Source of the DNA: Gammaproteobacteria bacterium
GTDB taxonomy: Bacteria; Pseudomonadota; Gammaproteobacteria; CAJXQU01
Reading direction: 5' to 3'
Length of the DNA: 64,000 nucleotides
Assembly (NCBI GenBank): GCA_965238175.1
Contig: CBDEGZ010000003.1
Coordinates: 1,440,001 to 1,504,000, forward strand
Shown here: positions 1-11,275 of the stretch, in pieces
Layout of the letters: each line of letters begins with the position of its first letter
Numbering within the stretch: the stretch's first letter is position 1
Notes under the pieces: generated by a model
The model's database searches: none
What the model saw: only the letters and a program-made list of their open reading frames with translations
What the model was told of the DNA's origin: nothing
Position numbers and translations under genes: made by a program

Positions 1-2
1 AA

Positions 3-635
3 GCTTACGTTCCAGCGTTAATGTCTTATATGCAGAAATATCAGGCCAATATTCATTTCAATCAAACACTGACTAAAGTTGATGGAGAACAAAAGAAAGC
101 GTGGTTTAAAAGTAAAGATGAAGAAGGAAATGACCAAATAACCATTTCAGATTTCGATATGATTCATGTTTGCCCATCTCAATGTGCTCCTGATTTTATT
201 CGTGAAAGTGCATTATCAGATGATGCAGGCTGGTTAGATGTTGATCAAAATACCTTACAGCATAAAACATATGCAAATATTTGGGGTTTGGGTGATGTTA
301 TGAACACCCCGAATGCAAAAACAATGGCTGCAGTTCGCAAGCAAGCTCCAGTAGTCGCTCAAAATATTAGCGATACATTATTAAGTAAAAAACCAAGTGT
401 TGCTTATGATGGATATGGCTCTTGTCCGTTGACAGTGGAAGCTGGCAAGATAGTGCTCGCAGAATTTTCTTATGGCGGAAAGCTGGCGCCGACTTTTCCA
501 CAGTGGATAAACGATGGTACAAAACCAACTAAATTAGCATGGTTACTTAAAGCTCAAATACTTCCAACAATATATTGGCATGGCATGCTTAAAGGGCGTG
601 AGTGGCTTGCATCTCCACAAAAAAGCAAGTCTTAA
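3..635 (+). CDS. FAD-dependent sulfide:quinone oxidoreductase-like protein (type II SQR style), 5'-partial
   Basis: The frame is open from base 3 (AYVPALM...). Motifs FDMIHVCP, GWLDVD..TLQH, GLGDV.NTPNAKT.AA and YDGYGSCPLT..GKIVLAEF. Adjacent to SulP. Confidence 0.8.
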   Translation, partial: AYVPALMSYMQKYQANIHFNQTLTKVDGEQKKAWFKSKDEEGNDQITISDFDMIHVCPSQCAPDFIRESALSDDAGWLDVDQNTLQHKTYANIWGLGDVMNTPNAKTMAAVRKQAPVVAQNISDTLLSKKPSVAYDGYGSCPLTVEAGKIVLAEFSYGGKLAPTFPQWINDGTKPTKLAWLLKAQILPTIYWHGMLKGREWLASPQKSKS

Positions 636-648
636 GTAATTAGGGAGA

Positions 649-2364
649 ATGAGACGCTTCGCAAATTATTTTCCAATTGTTCAATGGGGGAAGCCGTACG
701 ATAAGGAATCTTTAACCAGAGATATTCTGGCGGCAGTGATTGTGACGATTATGTTGATCCCACAATCTTTGGCTTATGCGTTGTTGGCAGGGCTGCCTGC
801 GAAAGTAGGTCTTTATGCAAGCATTTTACCCCTGGTGGTCTACGCTATCTTCGGAACCAGCAAAACACTATCGGTAGGCCCAGTTGCCGTTGCATCATTA
901 ATGACTGCCTCAGCACTTTCTGAAATTGCTCAACAAGGAACCACAGATTACTTGACTGCGGCTATTACGTTGGCACTTATATCAGGCGTGTTTTTACTGG
1001 TTTTAGGATTTTTTAAATTAGGATTTCTTGCAAATTTTCTCTCACACCCTGTTGTTTCTGGTTTTATTACCGCGTCAGGAATTCTTATTGCTTTTAGTCA
1101 ACTCAAACATGTACTAGGTGTTAAGGCCGATGGAGAGACACTGCTAGAAATTGGATCATCGTTGGCGAGTCAACTAACATCGATCAATTTTCATACGTTA
1201 CTAATGAGTGTTGCCGTTTTGTATTTTTTATATTGGGCTCGTTGTGGTTTTGCAGAAATGTTAATGAGACGAGGAATTGCAAAAAGGAAAGCGCTATTAT
1301 TCGCAAGAGTAGCACCTGTGGTGAGTATTTTAGCAACAATATTTATGGCTTATTTTTTTAATTTGGAATCAAAAAGTGTTGCTCTTGTTGGAACGATCCC
1401 ATCGGGTCTACCAAGTTTACAAATACCTGACTTATCGATAGATTTGATCAAGACTCTGTTCTTGCCAGCTATTTTGATTTCTATTATAGGTTATGTAGAA
1501 TCGGTCTCAGTTGGAAAAACACTTGCAGCTAAGAAACGTCAAAAAATTGATGTTAATCAGGAATTAATAGGGTTAGGTGCAGCCAACGTTGCCTCAGCAG
1601 TTTCTGGAGCATTTCCTGTTACTGGTGGTTTTTCTCGATCAGTTGTTAATTTCGATGCAGGAGCCGCGACACAGGCCGCGAGTATTTTTGCTGCAGTTGG
1701 TATAGCACTCGCGTCACTTTTTCTAACACCCGCTCTTTATTACTTACCAAAAGCAACATTAGCAGCTACGATAATAATTGCCGTTTTATCATTAGTCGAT
1801 TTCTCCATTTTTAAAAAAACATGGAATTTTTCAAGAAGTGATTTTTATGCAGTATTCACTACCGTTGTGATTACATTACTGTTTGGAGTTGAGGCGGGGG
1901 TTGCCAGTGGTGTTGGTACTTCTATCACTTTGCATCTATATCGAACATCAATGCCGCATATTGCAGAAGTAGGTCTGGTTGATGGCACAGAACATTTTAG
2001 AAATATAAATCGTTATCATGTTCAGACACTGCCAGAAATTTTATCTCTGCGCATGGATGAAAGCCTCTTTTTTGCAAATGCCAGTTATTTGGAAGATCAA
2101 ATATACGATACGATCTATTATCGTGACAAAATAGCCCATGTCATATTGGTTTGCAGTGCGATCAATGAAATTGATTTAAGTGCGATGGAAATGCTCGAAG
2201 CAGTTAATGAAAGATTAATAGAGCAAGGTATACATCTTCACCTTTCTGAGATTAAAGGTCCGGTTATGGAAATGCTGGAACGATCAGGTTTTATAGACTT
2301 TCTATCAGGAAAAATATTTTTAACACAGTTTGAAGCATTTACTTATCTTAGTGGCAGGAAATAG
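649..2364 (+). CDS. SulP/SLC26 family anion transporter with C-terminal STAS domain
   Basis: PQSLAYALLAGLP..GLY, GTSKTLSVGPVA and GGFSRS motifs; many TM helices; STAS region with LFFANA. Confidence 0.93.
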   Translation: MRRFANYFPIVQWGKPYDKESLTRDILAAVIVTIMLIPQSLAYALLAGLPAKVGLYASILPLVVYAIFGTSKTLSVGPVAVASLMTASALSEIAQQGTTDYLTAAITLALISGVFLLVLGFFKLGFLANFLSHPVVSGFITASGILIAFSQLKHVLGVKADGETLLEIGSSLASQLTSINFHTLLMSVAVLYFLYWARCGFAEMLMRRGIAKRKALLFARVAPVVSILATIFMAYFFNLESKSVALVGTIPSGLPSLQIPDLSIDLIKTLFLPAILISIIGYVESVSVGKTLAAKKRQKIDVNQELIGLGAANVASAVSGAFPVTGGFSRSVVNFDAGAATQAASIFAAVGIALASLFLTPALYYLPKATLAATIIIAVLSLVDFSIFKKTWNFSRSDFYAVFTTVVITLLFGVEAGVASGVGTSITLHLYRTSMPHIAEVGLVDGTEHFRNINRYHVQTLPEILSLRMDESLFFANASYLEDQIYDTIYYRDKIAHVILVCSAINEIDLSAMEMLEAVNERLIEQGIHLHLSEIKGPVMEMLERSGFIDFLSGKIFLTQFEAFTYLSGRK

Positions 2365-2500
2365 TTTAAACATATTAAAAAAATATAGAATTTTGTTGTT
2401 ACCATTTTATAACTCTTATCTAATACTCTTCTTTGATAAATAACGTTTTCTGATTTTTCTGTATTTAGATAAATTCCGAACTTCCTTATTCGTGATATTC

Positions 2501-4168
2501 CTAATGAATAGCCAACATTTCTTTTGCATGCTCGATAGTTTGATCGGTAATCTTCAATCCACCTAGCATTCGAGCAATTTCTTTAACACGTTGTTTTTGA
2601 TCAAGTGGCAATATGTGTGTCCAGGTATTATTTTGATCAGAATCTTTTTTCACCTGAAAGTGGTGGTGTCCGAGCGAGGCAACTTGTGGCAAGTGGGTGA
2701 CGCAGAGGATCTGTCGATTTTTACCAAGGCCGCGCATTTTTTTGCCAACAATCTCAGCAATGCCACCACCAATGCCAACATCGACTTCATCGAATACTAG
2801 CGTATGAACACCTTTTCCTTGGGCGGTAATAACTTGAATTGCTAGGCTTATTCTTGAAAGTTCTCCACCGGATGCGACTTTGCTCAAGGGTTGTAACGCT
2901 TGACCGGGATTTGCGCTGACCAGAAACTCAATATTATCTATCCCTGTAAATGAAGGTTTTTCTTCACTCTTGATATTTAGTCGAACTTCAAATTTCCCAC
3001 CGTCCATTCCTAGTAATTGCAGTTCGTTGCTAATTTGATCAGATAATTTTTGTGCATGTTCCTTTCTGCTTTTACTCAGTGCTACAGCAGCCTGTTGATA
3101 GCTGGAAAGTGCTTGTTTCTGTTCATCATGCAATTCTTTAAATCGCTGTTCAGAATTTTCCAGATCATTTAGTTGTGTTTTTAATTTTTCGAATGTCTCT
3201 GGTAAATCTTCGATCTGAGTTTGGTGCTTTCGGGCTAGATCCTGGAGTGAACTTAAATGTGACTCGATTTGGTTAAATTCATTTTGATCAAAATCCAATG
3301 ATTCTATTAGATGACGAAGTTGTGTTTCAGCCTCATCGAGCTGAATGCTGGCTTCATCCATCGTTTCTATAATGGATGCGGTTTTTGGTTCGAACTGGCT
3401 AACTTGTTGTAGTGCAACGATGGCTTTTTGCAAACGAGAGGATTGGGATTCTTGATCTTCGAAGAAACTTTCGGCCGCCTGACAAGCATCAGAAATTTTT
3501 GTCTGATTTGCTAGTCTTTTATGTTTTTCTAGTGTTGCGATAAGATCTTCAGGATCGACAATCGTTGTTTGCAGTTCTTCTAATTGATAGCGAAGAAGAT
3601 CTTTCTGGCTATTTCTAGCCGTCGGATCTCCACTCAAATTTTCCAGATCAAGGGTAATTGTTTTCCAGTCTTCTGCTGATTTTTGTACGGCTTTAATCAG
3701 AGTGTCGTGTCCAGCAAATTCGTCCAGCATTTCTCGTTGATTTTCTTTTCTGATTAAAGATTGATGCGCGTGTTGGCCATGGATATCGATTAGATGTTCG
3801 CTAAGTGCTTTTAATGTTTGGCCAGGTACGGCGACACCATTGATGTAACCACGTGAACGTCCATCACTGCTGATCTGTCGACGCAATAGGCATTCACCTT
3901 CATCACAATCGATATCTTGTTCTTCCAGCAAGGTTTGTGCTTTTGGGAGATCGGTAATATCAAAGATTGCACTTATCGATGTTTTATCTGCGCCTGATCT
4001 GACGACGCCACTTTGAGCGCGATCCCCAAGAACCAATCCTAATGCATCGATCATTATTGATTTACCAGCGCCCGTTTCACCCGTGAAGACGGTCATACCG
4101 TTGCTGAACTCTAAATCCAGTTGGTCAACTATCGCATAGTTTTTTACTGAGAGATGTTTTAGCCCCAT
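2501..4168 (-). CDS. recN: DNA repair protein RecN
   Basis: TGETGAGKS Walker A, IHGQH, ASGGELSR, FDEVD, VTHLPQVA; lies downstream of nadK. Confidence 0.97.
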   Translation of the reverse strand: MGLKHLSVKNYAIVDQLDLEFSNGMTVFTGETGAGKSIMIDALGLVLGDRAQSGVVRSGADKTSISAIFDITDLPKAQTLLEEQDIDCDEGECLLRRQISSDGRSRGYINGVAVPGQTLKALSEHLIDIHGQHAHQSLIRKENQREMLDEFAGHDTLIKAVQKSAEDWKTITLDLENLSGDPTARNSQKDLLRYQLEELQTTIVDPEDLIATLEKHKRLANQTKISDACQAAESFFEDQESQSSRLQKAIVALQQVSQFEPKTASIIETMDEASIQLDEAETQLRHLIESLDFDQNEFNQIESHLSSLQDLARKHQTQIEDLPETFEKLKTQLNDLENSEQRFKELHDEQKQALSSYQQAAVALSKSRKEHAQKLSDQISNELQLLGMDGGKFEVRLNIKSEEKPSFTGIDNIEFLVSANPGQALQPLSKVASGGELSRISLAIQVITAQGKGVHTLVFDEVDVGIGGGIAEIVGKKMRGLGKNRQILCVTHLPQVASLGHHHFQVKKDSDQNNTWTHILPLDQKQRVKEIARMLGGLKITDQTIEHAKEMLAIH

Positions 4169-5016
4169 TGCAGTTTTGCACGTAGTGTCGCGTAATAATC
4201 GTGATCATTTGGATGAATTAGACGGATAAATCGCTCACTTTTTTCTATGCTAATTTGATCATCCTGAGCCAGGGCAAATTTTACATTACCATCGCAAGTG
4301 AGTCGCGCATGTTCGGCTTCTGGCGTACTGATCTGAATGGTGATTTTGTTATCGCCATCAATAACTATTGGACGATTACTTAATGTATGTGGACAGATTG
4401 GAACCAGCGAAATTGCATTGAGGCTAGGATGCAAAATAGGTCCACCACAGGAGAGCGCATATGCGGTTGAGCCTGTTGGGGTAGAGATGATCAAACCATC
4501 TGAGCGTTGGCTGTTGACGAAAACATCATTGATGTAAGTATCAAATGTGATCAGACGCGCGGTGTCCCATTTTTGGATCACTGCATCGTTGAGTGCATTA
4601 TAAGTTGCTAAGACTTCATCATTACGAATAACGGAGCAACGTAAAATTGCGCGTTGTTCTTCAAAAAAATCACCTTGCAAAATACGATCTAAACGTTGAT
4701 CCATTTCTTTGGGTGAGATGTCGGTTAAAAAACCGAGCGTCCCCAAATTGATCCCTAAAAGACGTACATCATAATTGGGCAGTTGATGCGCAGCATGCAG
4801 CAGGGTTCCGTCGCCACCGATGGAAATAAGTAGATCGCAATTATCTCCGTTCAGTGTTTCTAAGCCAACCATTTCTTCTGAGCTTAACTGAGCAGCACAC
4901 TGATCACCGACAACGATATCAAGATCTCTCGCTTTGAGAAATTTGATCAATTTGATCAGTGCTTTTTGAACCCGCTTGTCATCGGGTTTTGCGATGAGAC
5001 CGATTTTCTTAAACAT
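4159..5016 (-). CDS. nadK: NAD+ kinase
   Basis: GGDGTLL, GINLGTLGFL, LND and STPTGSTAYALSCGGP motifs. Start placed at MFKKIG (the ORF track starts at 5034). Confidence 0.96.
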   Translation of the reverse strand: MFKKIGLIAKPDDKRVQKALIKLIKFLKARDLDIVVGDQCAAQLSSEEMVGLETLNGDNCDLLISIGGDGTLLHAAHQLPNYDVRLLGINLGTLGFLTDISPKEMDQRLDRILQGDFFEEQRAILRCSVIRNDEVLATYNALNDAVIQKWDTARLITFDTYINDVFVNSQRSDGLIISTPTGSTAYALSCGGPILHPSLNAISLVPICPHTLSNRPIVIDGDNKITIQISTPEAEHARLTCDGNVKFALAQDDQISIEKSERFIRLIHPNDHDYYATLRAKLQWG

Positions 5017-5199
5017 GGAGGGAGAAGTTAGCATTTCAGCTTAGTGTGAACAATCTTTTTTTATGATCATCATTATTTGATTTTTATATCAAACGTCAGG
5101 TTGATTAGACGTGCTTATGAAATTTAGCGAGCTGATATCATATTTTAAGTAAGAACACTGCTAAAATCATTAAGATATTCAGTGAGATCAGGAACATTT

Positions 5200-5226
5200 T
5201 TTGCACTCTTAGGACGAGAGTGCTAA
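5200..5226 (+). promoter_or_regulatory. CIRCE operator (HrcA site)
   Basis: TTTGCACTC-N9-GAGTGCTAA, one mismatch from TTAGCACTC-N9-GAGTGCTAA, 58 bp upstream of hrcA. Confidence 0.9.
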
Positions 5227-5284
5227 ATTTCGCGCTCTAATGGAGTTTGAACCTTTGTGGAATACTTTTTGATCACTAAAACGG

Positions 5285-6334
5285 ATGTCTGAAAACCCAG
5301 AACATAAGCAAATGACTGAACGTCAACAGCATCTTTTAAAGATACTGGTGGAACGTTACATTGGAGATGGTCAACCCGTTGGATCTCGTACCTTGGTCAA
5401 AGAATCTGATTTGGATCTCAGTTCTGCAACGGTACGTAATGTTATGGCGGATCTTGAGGATTTGGGTTTGATTACTTCTCCGCATACTTCGGCGGGGCGC
5501 GTTCCTACCAATCTCGGTTATAGATTATTTGTGGATTCATTATTAACTGTCGAAAAGTTATCAACGGGTGTGATCCAGAAAATATGCACGAATATTGAAT
5601 ATGAAGAAGACATGGAAGTTTTACTTGGTAAAACATCTTCAATGTTATCTGAGGTCACACAACTTGCTGGTTTAGTGATGATTCCGCGTGTAGAAGCACA
5701 GTCTTTACGTCATGTTGAATTTTTACCGTTGTCCGATAATCGAGTTCTTGCGATTCTGGTCATCAACAATAAAGATGTTCAGAATAAAGTCATTCATACC
5801 CAACGAGCCTATAACGCATCCGAATTGGAACAAGCGGCAAATTATTTGAATGAAGCGTTTGTTGGACGTGATTTATCCGTTGTCCGATCAGAACTACTTA
5901 AAGAAATGTCAGATGCTAAAGAACAAGTAAATCAGCTGATGACGACAGTGATCGAAATGACTGAGGCTTTGAATATAGGCGCGCAACAGCAAGATTATGT
6001 AATGGCTGGTGAGACAAACTTGATGGAGCAGGGGCAGATGTCTGATATAGATCAACTACGTCAGCTTTTTGAGGCCTTTAATCATAAGCAAGACATCTTA
6101 CATTTACTCGATCAGGCCTTGGATGGACAAGGAATACAATTATTTATTGGCGAAGAATCAGGTTATAAGGTGTTTGATGATTGCAGCATTGTGACGTCAA
6201 CCTATGAAACTGACGGAGAGGTATTGGGGGTACTTGGTATTATTGGCCCAACCCGAATGTCCTACGAAAAAGTCATCCCAGTGGTTGATGCTACAGCAAA
6301 AATGCTCGGCTCGGCCTTGAAATCTTTACATTAA
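5285..6334 (+). CDS. hrcA: Heat-inducible transcription repressor HrcA
   Basis: PVGSRTL, SSATVRNVMADLE, PHTSAGRVPT, GIIGPTRM.Y motifs. Confidence 0.97.
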   Translation: MSENPEHKQMTERQQHLLKILVERYIGDGQPVGSRTLVKESDLDLSSATVRNVMADLEDLGLITSPHTSAGRVPTNLGYRLFVDSLLTVEKLSTGVIQKICTNIEYEEDMEVLLGKTSSMLSEVTQLAGLVMIPRVEAQSLRHVEFLPLSDNRVLAILVINNKDVQNKVIHTQRAYNASELEQAANYLNEAFVGRDLSVVRSELLKEMSDAKEQVNQLMTTVIEMTEALNIGAQQQDYVMAGETNLMEQGQMSDIDQLRQLFEAFNHKQDILHLLDQALDGQGIQLFIGEESGYKVFDDCSIVTSTYETDGEVLGVLGIIGPTRMSYEKVIPVVDATAKMLGSALKSLH

Positions 6335-6341
6335 TCCCCAC
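6316..6341 (+). promoter_or_regulatory. sigma32 promoter of grpE
   Basis: CTTGAA-N14-CCCCAC. Confidence 0.75.
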
Positions 6342-6390
6342 CTCAAAGTATTAATAGATTAACTAAAGCATATTTGGAGAGAAGCTGAAA

Positions 6391-6969
6391 ATGGCTAATG
6401 AGAAAGAACCATTGGACGATGTTGTTGATGACGGAGTTTTAGAACCTGAACTTGTCGAAGAGACTGCTGAAGATCAGCAAGCAGTAGGTGAATCAGAAAT
6501 TGAGACAGAGTTAGAAAGCCTGCAAAGACAACTCGAAGCTGCCGAGAAGAAAGCTAAAGATAATTGGGAAACCGCATTGCGTGCTCAGGCTGAAACTGAC
6601 AACGTTAGAAAACGCGCCGTTAAAGATGTCGAAAGTGCACATAAATATTCTGTTGAAAAATTGATCAACGAATTCTTACCTGTTAAGGATAGTCTCGAAT
6701 TAGGTATTAACGCATCTGAGCAAGCAGATGTTAAGAGCTTGGTAGAAGGTATGGAATTGACCTTGGTTTCATTTAGCACAGCACTTGAAAAGTGTGGTGT
6801 CCAAGTGGTGGATCCGGTAGGTGAGAAATTTGATCCAGAACATCATCAAGCGATGACTATGATCGAAAACCCAGATGTGGAATCTGGCATGGTGATCGAT
6901 GTAATGCAGAAAGGTTATTTACTAAATGAACGACTAATCAGACCTGCCATGGTTGTCGTTGCTAAGTAA
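6391..6969 (+). CDS. grpE: Nucleotide exchange factor GrpE
   Basis: RAQAETDNVRKR, FDPEHHQAM, QKGYLLNERLIRPAMVVV. Confidence 0.97.
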   Translation: MANEKEPLDDVVDDGVLEPELVEETAEDQQAVGESEIETELESLQRQLEAAEKKAKDNWETALRAQAETDNVRKRAVKDVESAHKYSVEKLINEFLPVKDSLELGINASEQADVKSLVEGMELTLVSFSTALEKCGVQVVDPVGEKFDPEHHQAMTMIENPDVESGMVIDVMQKGYLLNERLIRPAMVVVAK

Positions 6970-7009
6970 TGGATCAAATAATAAATACGGACAAAGTAGC
7001 ATTTGAAAA

Positions 7010-7037
7010 CTTGAAAAAATCACAGCTGACCCCATAT
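7010..7037 (+). promoter_or_regulatory. sigma32 promoter of dnaK
   Basis: CTTGAA-N14-CCCCATAT, essentially consensus. Confidence 0.85.
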
Positions 7038-7073
7038 CAGCACCAAGCAAAAATTTCTACGGAGAATTAAACA

Positions 7074-8990
7074 ATGGGTAAAATTATTGGAATCGATCTG
7101 GGTACAACCAACTCCTGTGTAGCAGTGCTGGATGGAGGTGTCCCAAAGGTTATAGAGAATAGTGAAGGTGGACGAACCACACCTTCAATTATCGCTTACA
7201 CAGACGATGGTGAAGTATTAGTTGGCCAATCTGCTAAACGACAAGCGGTGACGAATCCAGACAATACTTTATTTGCGATCAAACGTTTGATTGGGCGAAA
7301 GTTTAAAGATGAAGTTGTACAGCGCGACATTAAAATGGTGCCTTACGATATTGTTGCCGCAGACAATGGTGATGCTTGGGTTGAAGCGCAAGGCGAAAAA
7401 ATGGCGCCGCCAGAAATCTCGGCGAAAGTACTGCAAAAAATGAAAAAAACGGCTGAAGATTATCTGGGTGAAACGGTGACAGAAGCCGTTGTCACTGTAC
7501 CCGCATACTTCAATGACTCACAGCGTCAGGCGACAAAAGATGCCGGTAAAATTGCAGGGCTTGATGTAAAACGAATCATTAATGAACCAACGGCAGCCGC
7601 GCTTGCTTTTGGTATGGATAAAAAAGAAGGCGACGCTACGATTGCAGTTTATGATTTGGGTGGAGGTACTTTCGACATTTCTATTATTGAAATTGCAGAT
7701 GTTGATGGCGAACATCAGTTTGAAGTATTGTCGACTAACGGAGATACTTTCCTTGGTGGTGAAGATTTTGATTCACGCGTGATCGAATTCTTGGCTGATG
7801 AATTCAAGAAAGATCAAGGAGTGGATTTACATAATGATCCACTTGCTTTACAACGTTTGAAAGAGGCGGCCGAGAAAGCCAAGATCGAATTGTCTTCCAG
7901 CCAGCAAACTGATGTGAATCTGCCGTATATCACCGCTGATGCAAGTGGTCCGAAACATCTTAATATTAAATTGACACGTGCGAAGCTTGAGTCACTTGTC
8001 GATGAACTGATCCAGCGAACTATCGAACCTTGTAAGATTGCGATTAAAGATGCAGGTATTTCCGCTTCGGAAATCACTGATGTTATCCTGGTTGGTGGCC
8101 AGAGCCGCATGCCGAAAGTACAAGAAGTTGTTGAGGAAATTTTTGGTAAAGAACCACGCAGAGACGTTAACCCTGATGAAGCCGTTGCAATGGGTGCAGC
8201 TATTCAAGGTGGTGTTTTGGGTGGCGATGTTAAAGACGTACTATTACTCGATGTAACGCCTTTGTCTTTAGGTATCGAAACCATGGGCGGTGTAATGACT
8301 AAATTGATCGAGAAAAACACTACGATTCCTACGAAAGCGAATCAGGTATTTTCAACTGCTGAAAATAATCAAACCGCAGTAACCGTTCATGTGCTTCAAG
8401 GTGAGCGTGAAATGGCAGGTGGTAATAAGTCACTCGGTCGATTTGATCTGTCGGATATCCCACCAGCACAACGGGGTGTTCCACAAATTGAAGTCACCTT
8501 TGATATTGATGCAAATGGTATCCTGAATGTGTCGGCAAAAGATAAGGCGACGAATAAAGAGCAATCAATTGTCATCAAGGCGTCAAGTGGATTGTCAGAT
8601 GAAGAAGTGGAACAAATGATTAAAGATGCTGAAGCGCATGCTGAAGAAGACAAGCAGCTTCATGAGCTAGTCACAGTAAGAAATACCGCTGAGCAGATCA
8701 TTCATGCGACTGAAAAAGCGCTCGACGATCTAGGTGATAAAGTAGAAGAAGCCGAAAAAACTGAGATCGAAGCGGCGGTTGAATCTTTAAAAGAAGCCAT
8801 TAAGGGTGATGATAAAGATGATATTGAAGCGAAGACTCAAACTTTGGCTGAGTTATCTGGCAAGATCGCTGAACGTGCTTATGCAGAAAATGCAGAAGGT
8901 CAGGCAGAAGATGTTCCTCCGTCAGAAAATGCAAGCGATGACGATATCGTCGATGCTGATTTCGAGGAAGTGAAGGACAACGATAAGTAA
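7074..8990 (+). CDS. dnaK: Chaperone DnaK (Hsp70)
   Basis: [37 protein letters not shown]. Confidence 0.99.
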   Translation: MGKIIGIDLGTTNSCVAVLDGGVPKVIENSEGGRTTPSIIAYTDDGEVLVGQSAKRQAVTNPDNTLFAIKRLIGRKFKDEVVQRDIKMVPYDIVAADNGDAWVEAQGEKMAPPEISAKVLQKMKKTAEDYLGETVTEAVVTVPAYFNDSQRQATKDAGKIAGLDVKRIINEPTAAALAFGMDKKEGDATIAVYDLGGGTFDISIIEIADVDGEHQFEVLSTNGDTFLGGEDFDSRVIEFLADEFKKDQGVDLHNDPLALQRLKEAAEKAKIELSSSQQTDVNLPYITADASGPKHLNIKLTRAKLESLVDELIQRTIEPCKIAIKDAGISASEITDVILVGGQSRMPKVQEVVEEIFGKEPRRDVNPDEAVAMGAAIQGGVLGGDVKDVLLLDVTPLSLGIETMGGVMTKLIEKNTTIPTKANQVFSTAENNQTAVTVHVLQGEREMAGGNKSLGRFDLSDIPPAQRGVPQIEVTFDIDANGILNVSAKDKATNKEQSIVIKASSGLSDEEVEQMIKDAEAHAEEDKQLHELVTVRNTAEQIIHATEKALDDLGDKVEEAEKTEIEAAVESLKEAIKGDDKDDIEAKTQTLAELSGKIAERAYAENAEGQAEDVPPSENASDDDIVDADFEEVKDNDK

Positions 8991-9017
8991 TAACCAGAAA
9001 GTTAAAGTCTCTGGGTG

Positions 9018-9106
9018 GCCCGGACAGGTGAAGAATCTGTCCGGGCTGTGTTATATATAGACATCTCACTTTATGGCTGTTTAATTTCATAATGAGATGT
9101 CTATAT
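9018..9106 (+). other. Two stem-loops in the dnaK-dnaJ spacer
   Basis: GCCCGGACAG (9018-9027) pairs with CTGTCCGGGC (9037-9046). ATATAGACATCTCA (9055-9068) pairs with TGAGATGTCTATAT (9093-9106). Confidence 0.8.
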
Positions 9107-9126
9107 CTATATGGATCTAAAAAATT

Positions 9127-10266
9127 ATGGCAAAACGTGATTATTACGAAGTACTCGGCGTCAGTAAAAATGCAAGCGAATCGGAGTTAAAAAAGGCCTA
9201 TCGTAAATTAGCGATGAAGTATCATCCTGATCGAAATGCAGATGACCCAGAAAAAGCAGAAGAGAGTTTTAAGGAGGTAAAGGAAGCACACGAAATTCTT
9301 TCTGATCAGCAAAAAAGAGCTGCTTATGATCAATTTGGTCATGCGGGTGTTGATAACTCAATGGGGGGTGGTGGCCACAGTGCTGGGGCGGGTAATTTTG
9401 AGGATGTTTTCGGTTCTGTATTCGGAGATATTTTTGGTGGTGGATCACGTGGTGGTGGTGGACAAAGAGTCTACCGAGGTGCGGATCTCGCCTATGATTT
9501 AGATATGACTTTGGAAGATGCTGTTACTGGGAATACGGTACAGATCCGTGTGCCTACGCATAAATCATGTGGTACTTGTAGTGGCAGCGGTGCGAAAAAA
9601 GGTACTTCTGCAACAACATGTAATACCTGTCAGGGACACGGACAAGTGAGGATGTCACAAGGATTTTTCTCGGTACAACAAACATGTCCAGAATGTCATG
9701 GCAGTGGCACAGTGGTCAAAGAGCCTTGTGGTGATTGTAATGGGCAAGGCCGAGTTAGAGATAATAAAACCATTTCTGTAAAAGTGCCACCTGGTGTTGA
9801 TACAGGTGATCGGATCCGTCTTGGTGGTGAGGGAGAGGATGGAGAGAATGGTGGTCCTGCAGGTGATCTATACGTGAACGTTAGAGTTAAAGAACATGCG
9901 ATTTTCCAACGTGATGATGCTGATCTATTTTGCGAAGTTCCCATAGGTTTTGTGACAGCAGCACTCGGTGGAGAACTCGAAGTGCCTACTTTAAATGGTA
10001 AAGTGTCTTTGAAAATTCCTGCAGAGACTCAATCAGGAAAAGTATTTCGCTTGCGTGGAAAAGGCGTGAAAACAGTTCGTGGCAGCCAAACAGGTGATCT
10101 ATTATGCAAAGCAAATGTCGAAACACCGGTGAATCTTACCCAAGAGCAAAAAGAATTACTGCAACAACTTGAGGAATCTATGCAAGAAGGTGGCAAGCGC
10201 CATAGTCCTAAAGAGTCGTCATGGCTGGATGGTGTAAAGAGCTTCTTTGAAGACATGAAATTCTGA
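9127..10266 (+). CDS. dnaJ: Chaperone DnaJ
   Basis: J domain with HPD, G/F-rich linker, four CxxCxGxG repeats. Confidence 0.99.
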   Translation: MAKRDYYEVLGVSKNASESELKKAYRKLAMKYHPDRNADDPEKAEESFKEVKEAHEILSDQQKRAAYDQFGHAGVDNSMGGGGHSAGAGNFEDVFGSVFGDIFGGGSRGGGGQRVYRGADLAYDLDMTLEDAVTGNTVQIRVPTHKSCGTCSGSGAKKGTSATTCNTCQGHGQVRMSQGFFSVQQTCPECHGSGTVVKEPCGDCNGQGRVRDNKTISVKVPPGVDTGDRIRLGGEGEDGENGGPAGDLYVNVRVKEHAIFQRDDADLFCEVPIGFVTAALGGELEVPTLNGKVSLKIPAETQSGKVFRLRGKGVKTVRGSQTGDLLCKANVETPVNLTQEQKELLQQLEESMQEGGKRHSPKESSWLDGVKSFFEDMKF

Positions 10267-10276
10267 TGGTAACTAG

Positions 10277-11098
<822 letters not shown>

Positions 11099-11275
11099 GG
11101 TATTTCAGGAGGATCTGAGGTTTCAGTTAAGCATTCCATTTATTTGTACTTAAGTGATTCACAGGGTTTCAAACAAAAGGGTATAATGTCTCTTTAAAGA
11201 TTTAGTAAATCTGTAGATTTTTTCCTTTCCATTAGCTTAGAAGATCTAAAGTTCCAGTATAAAAAGGTAGCGCGC

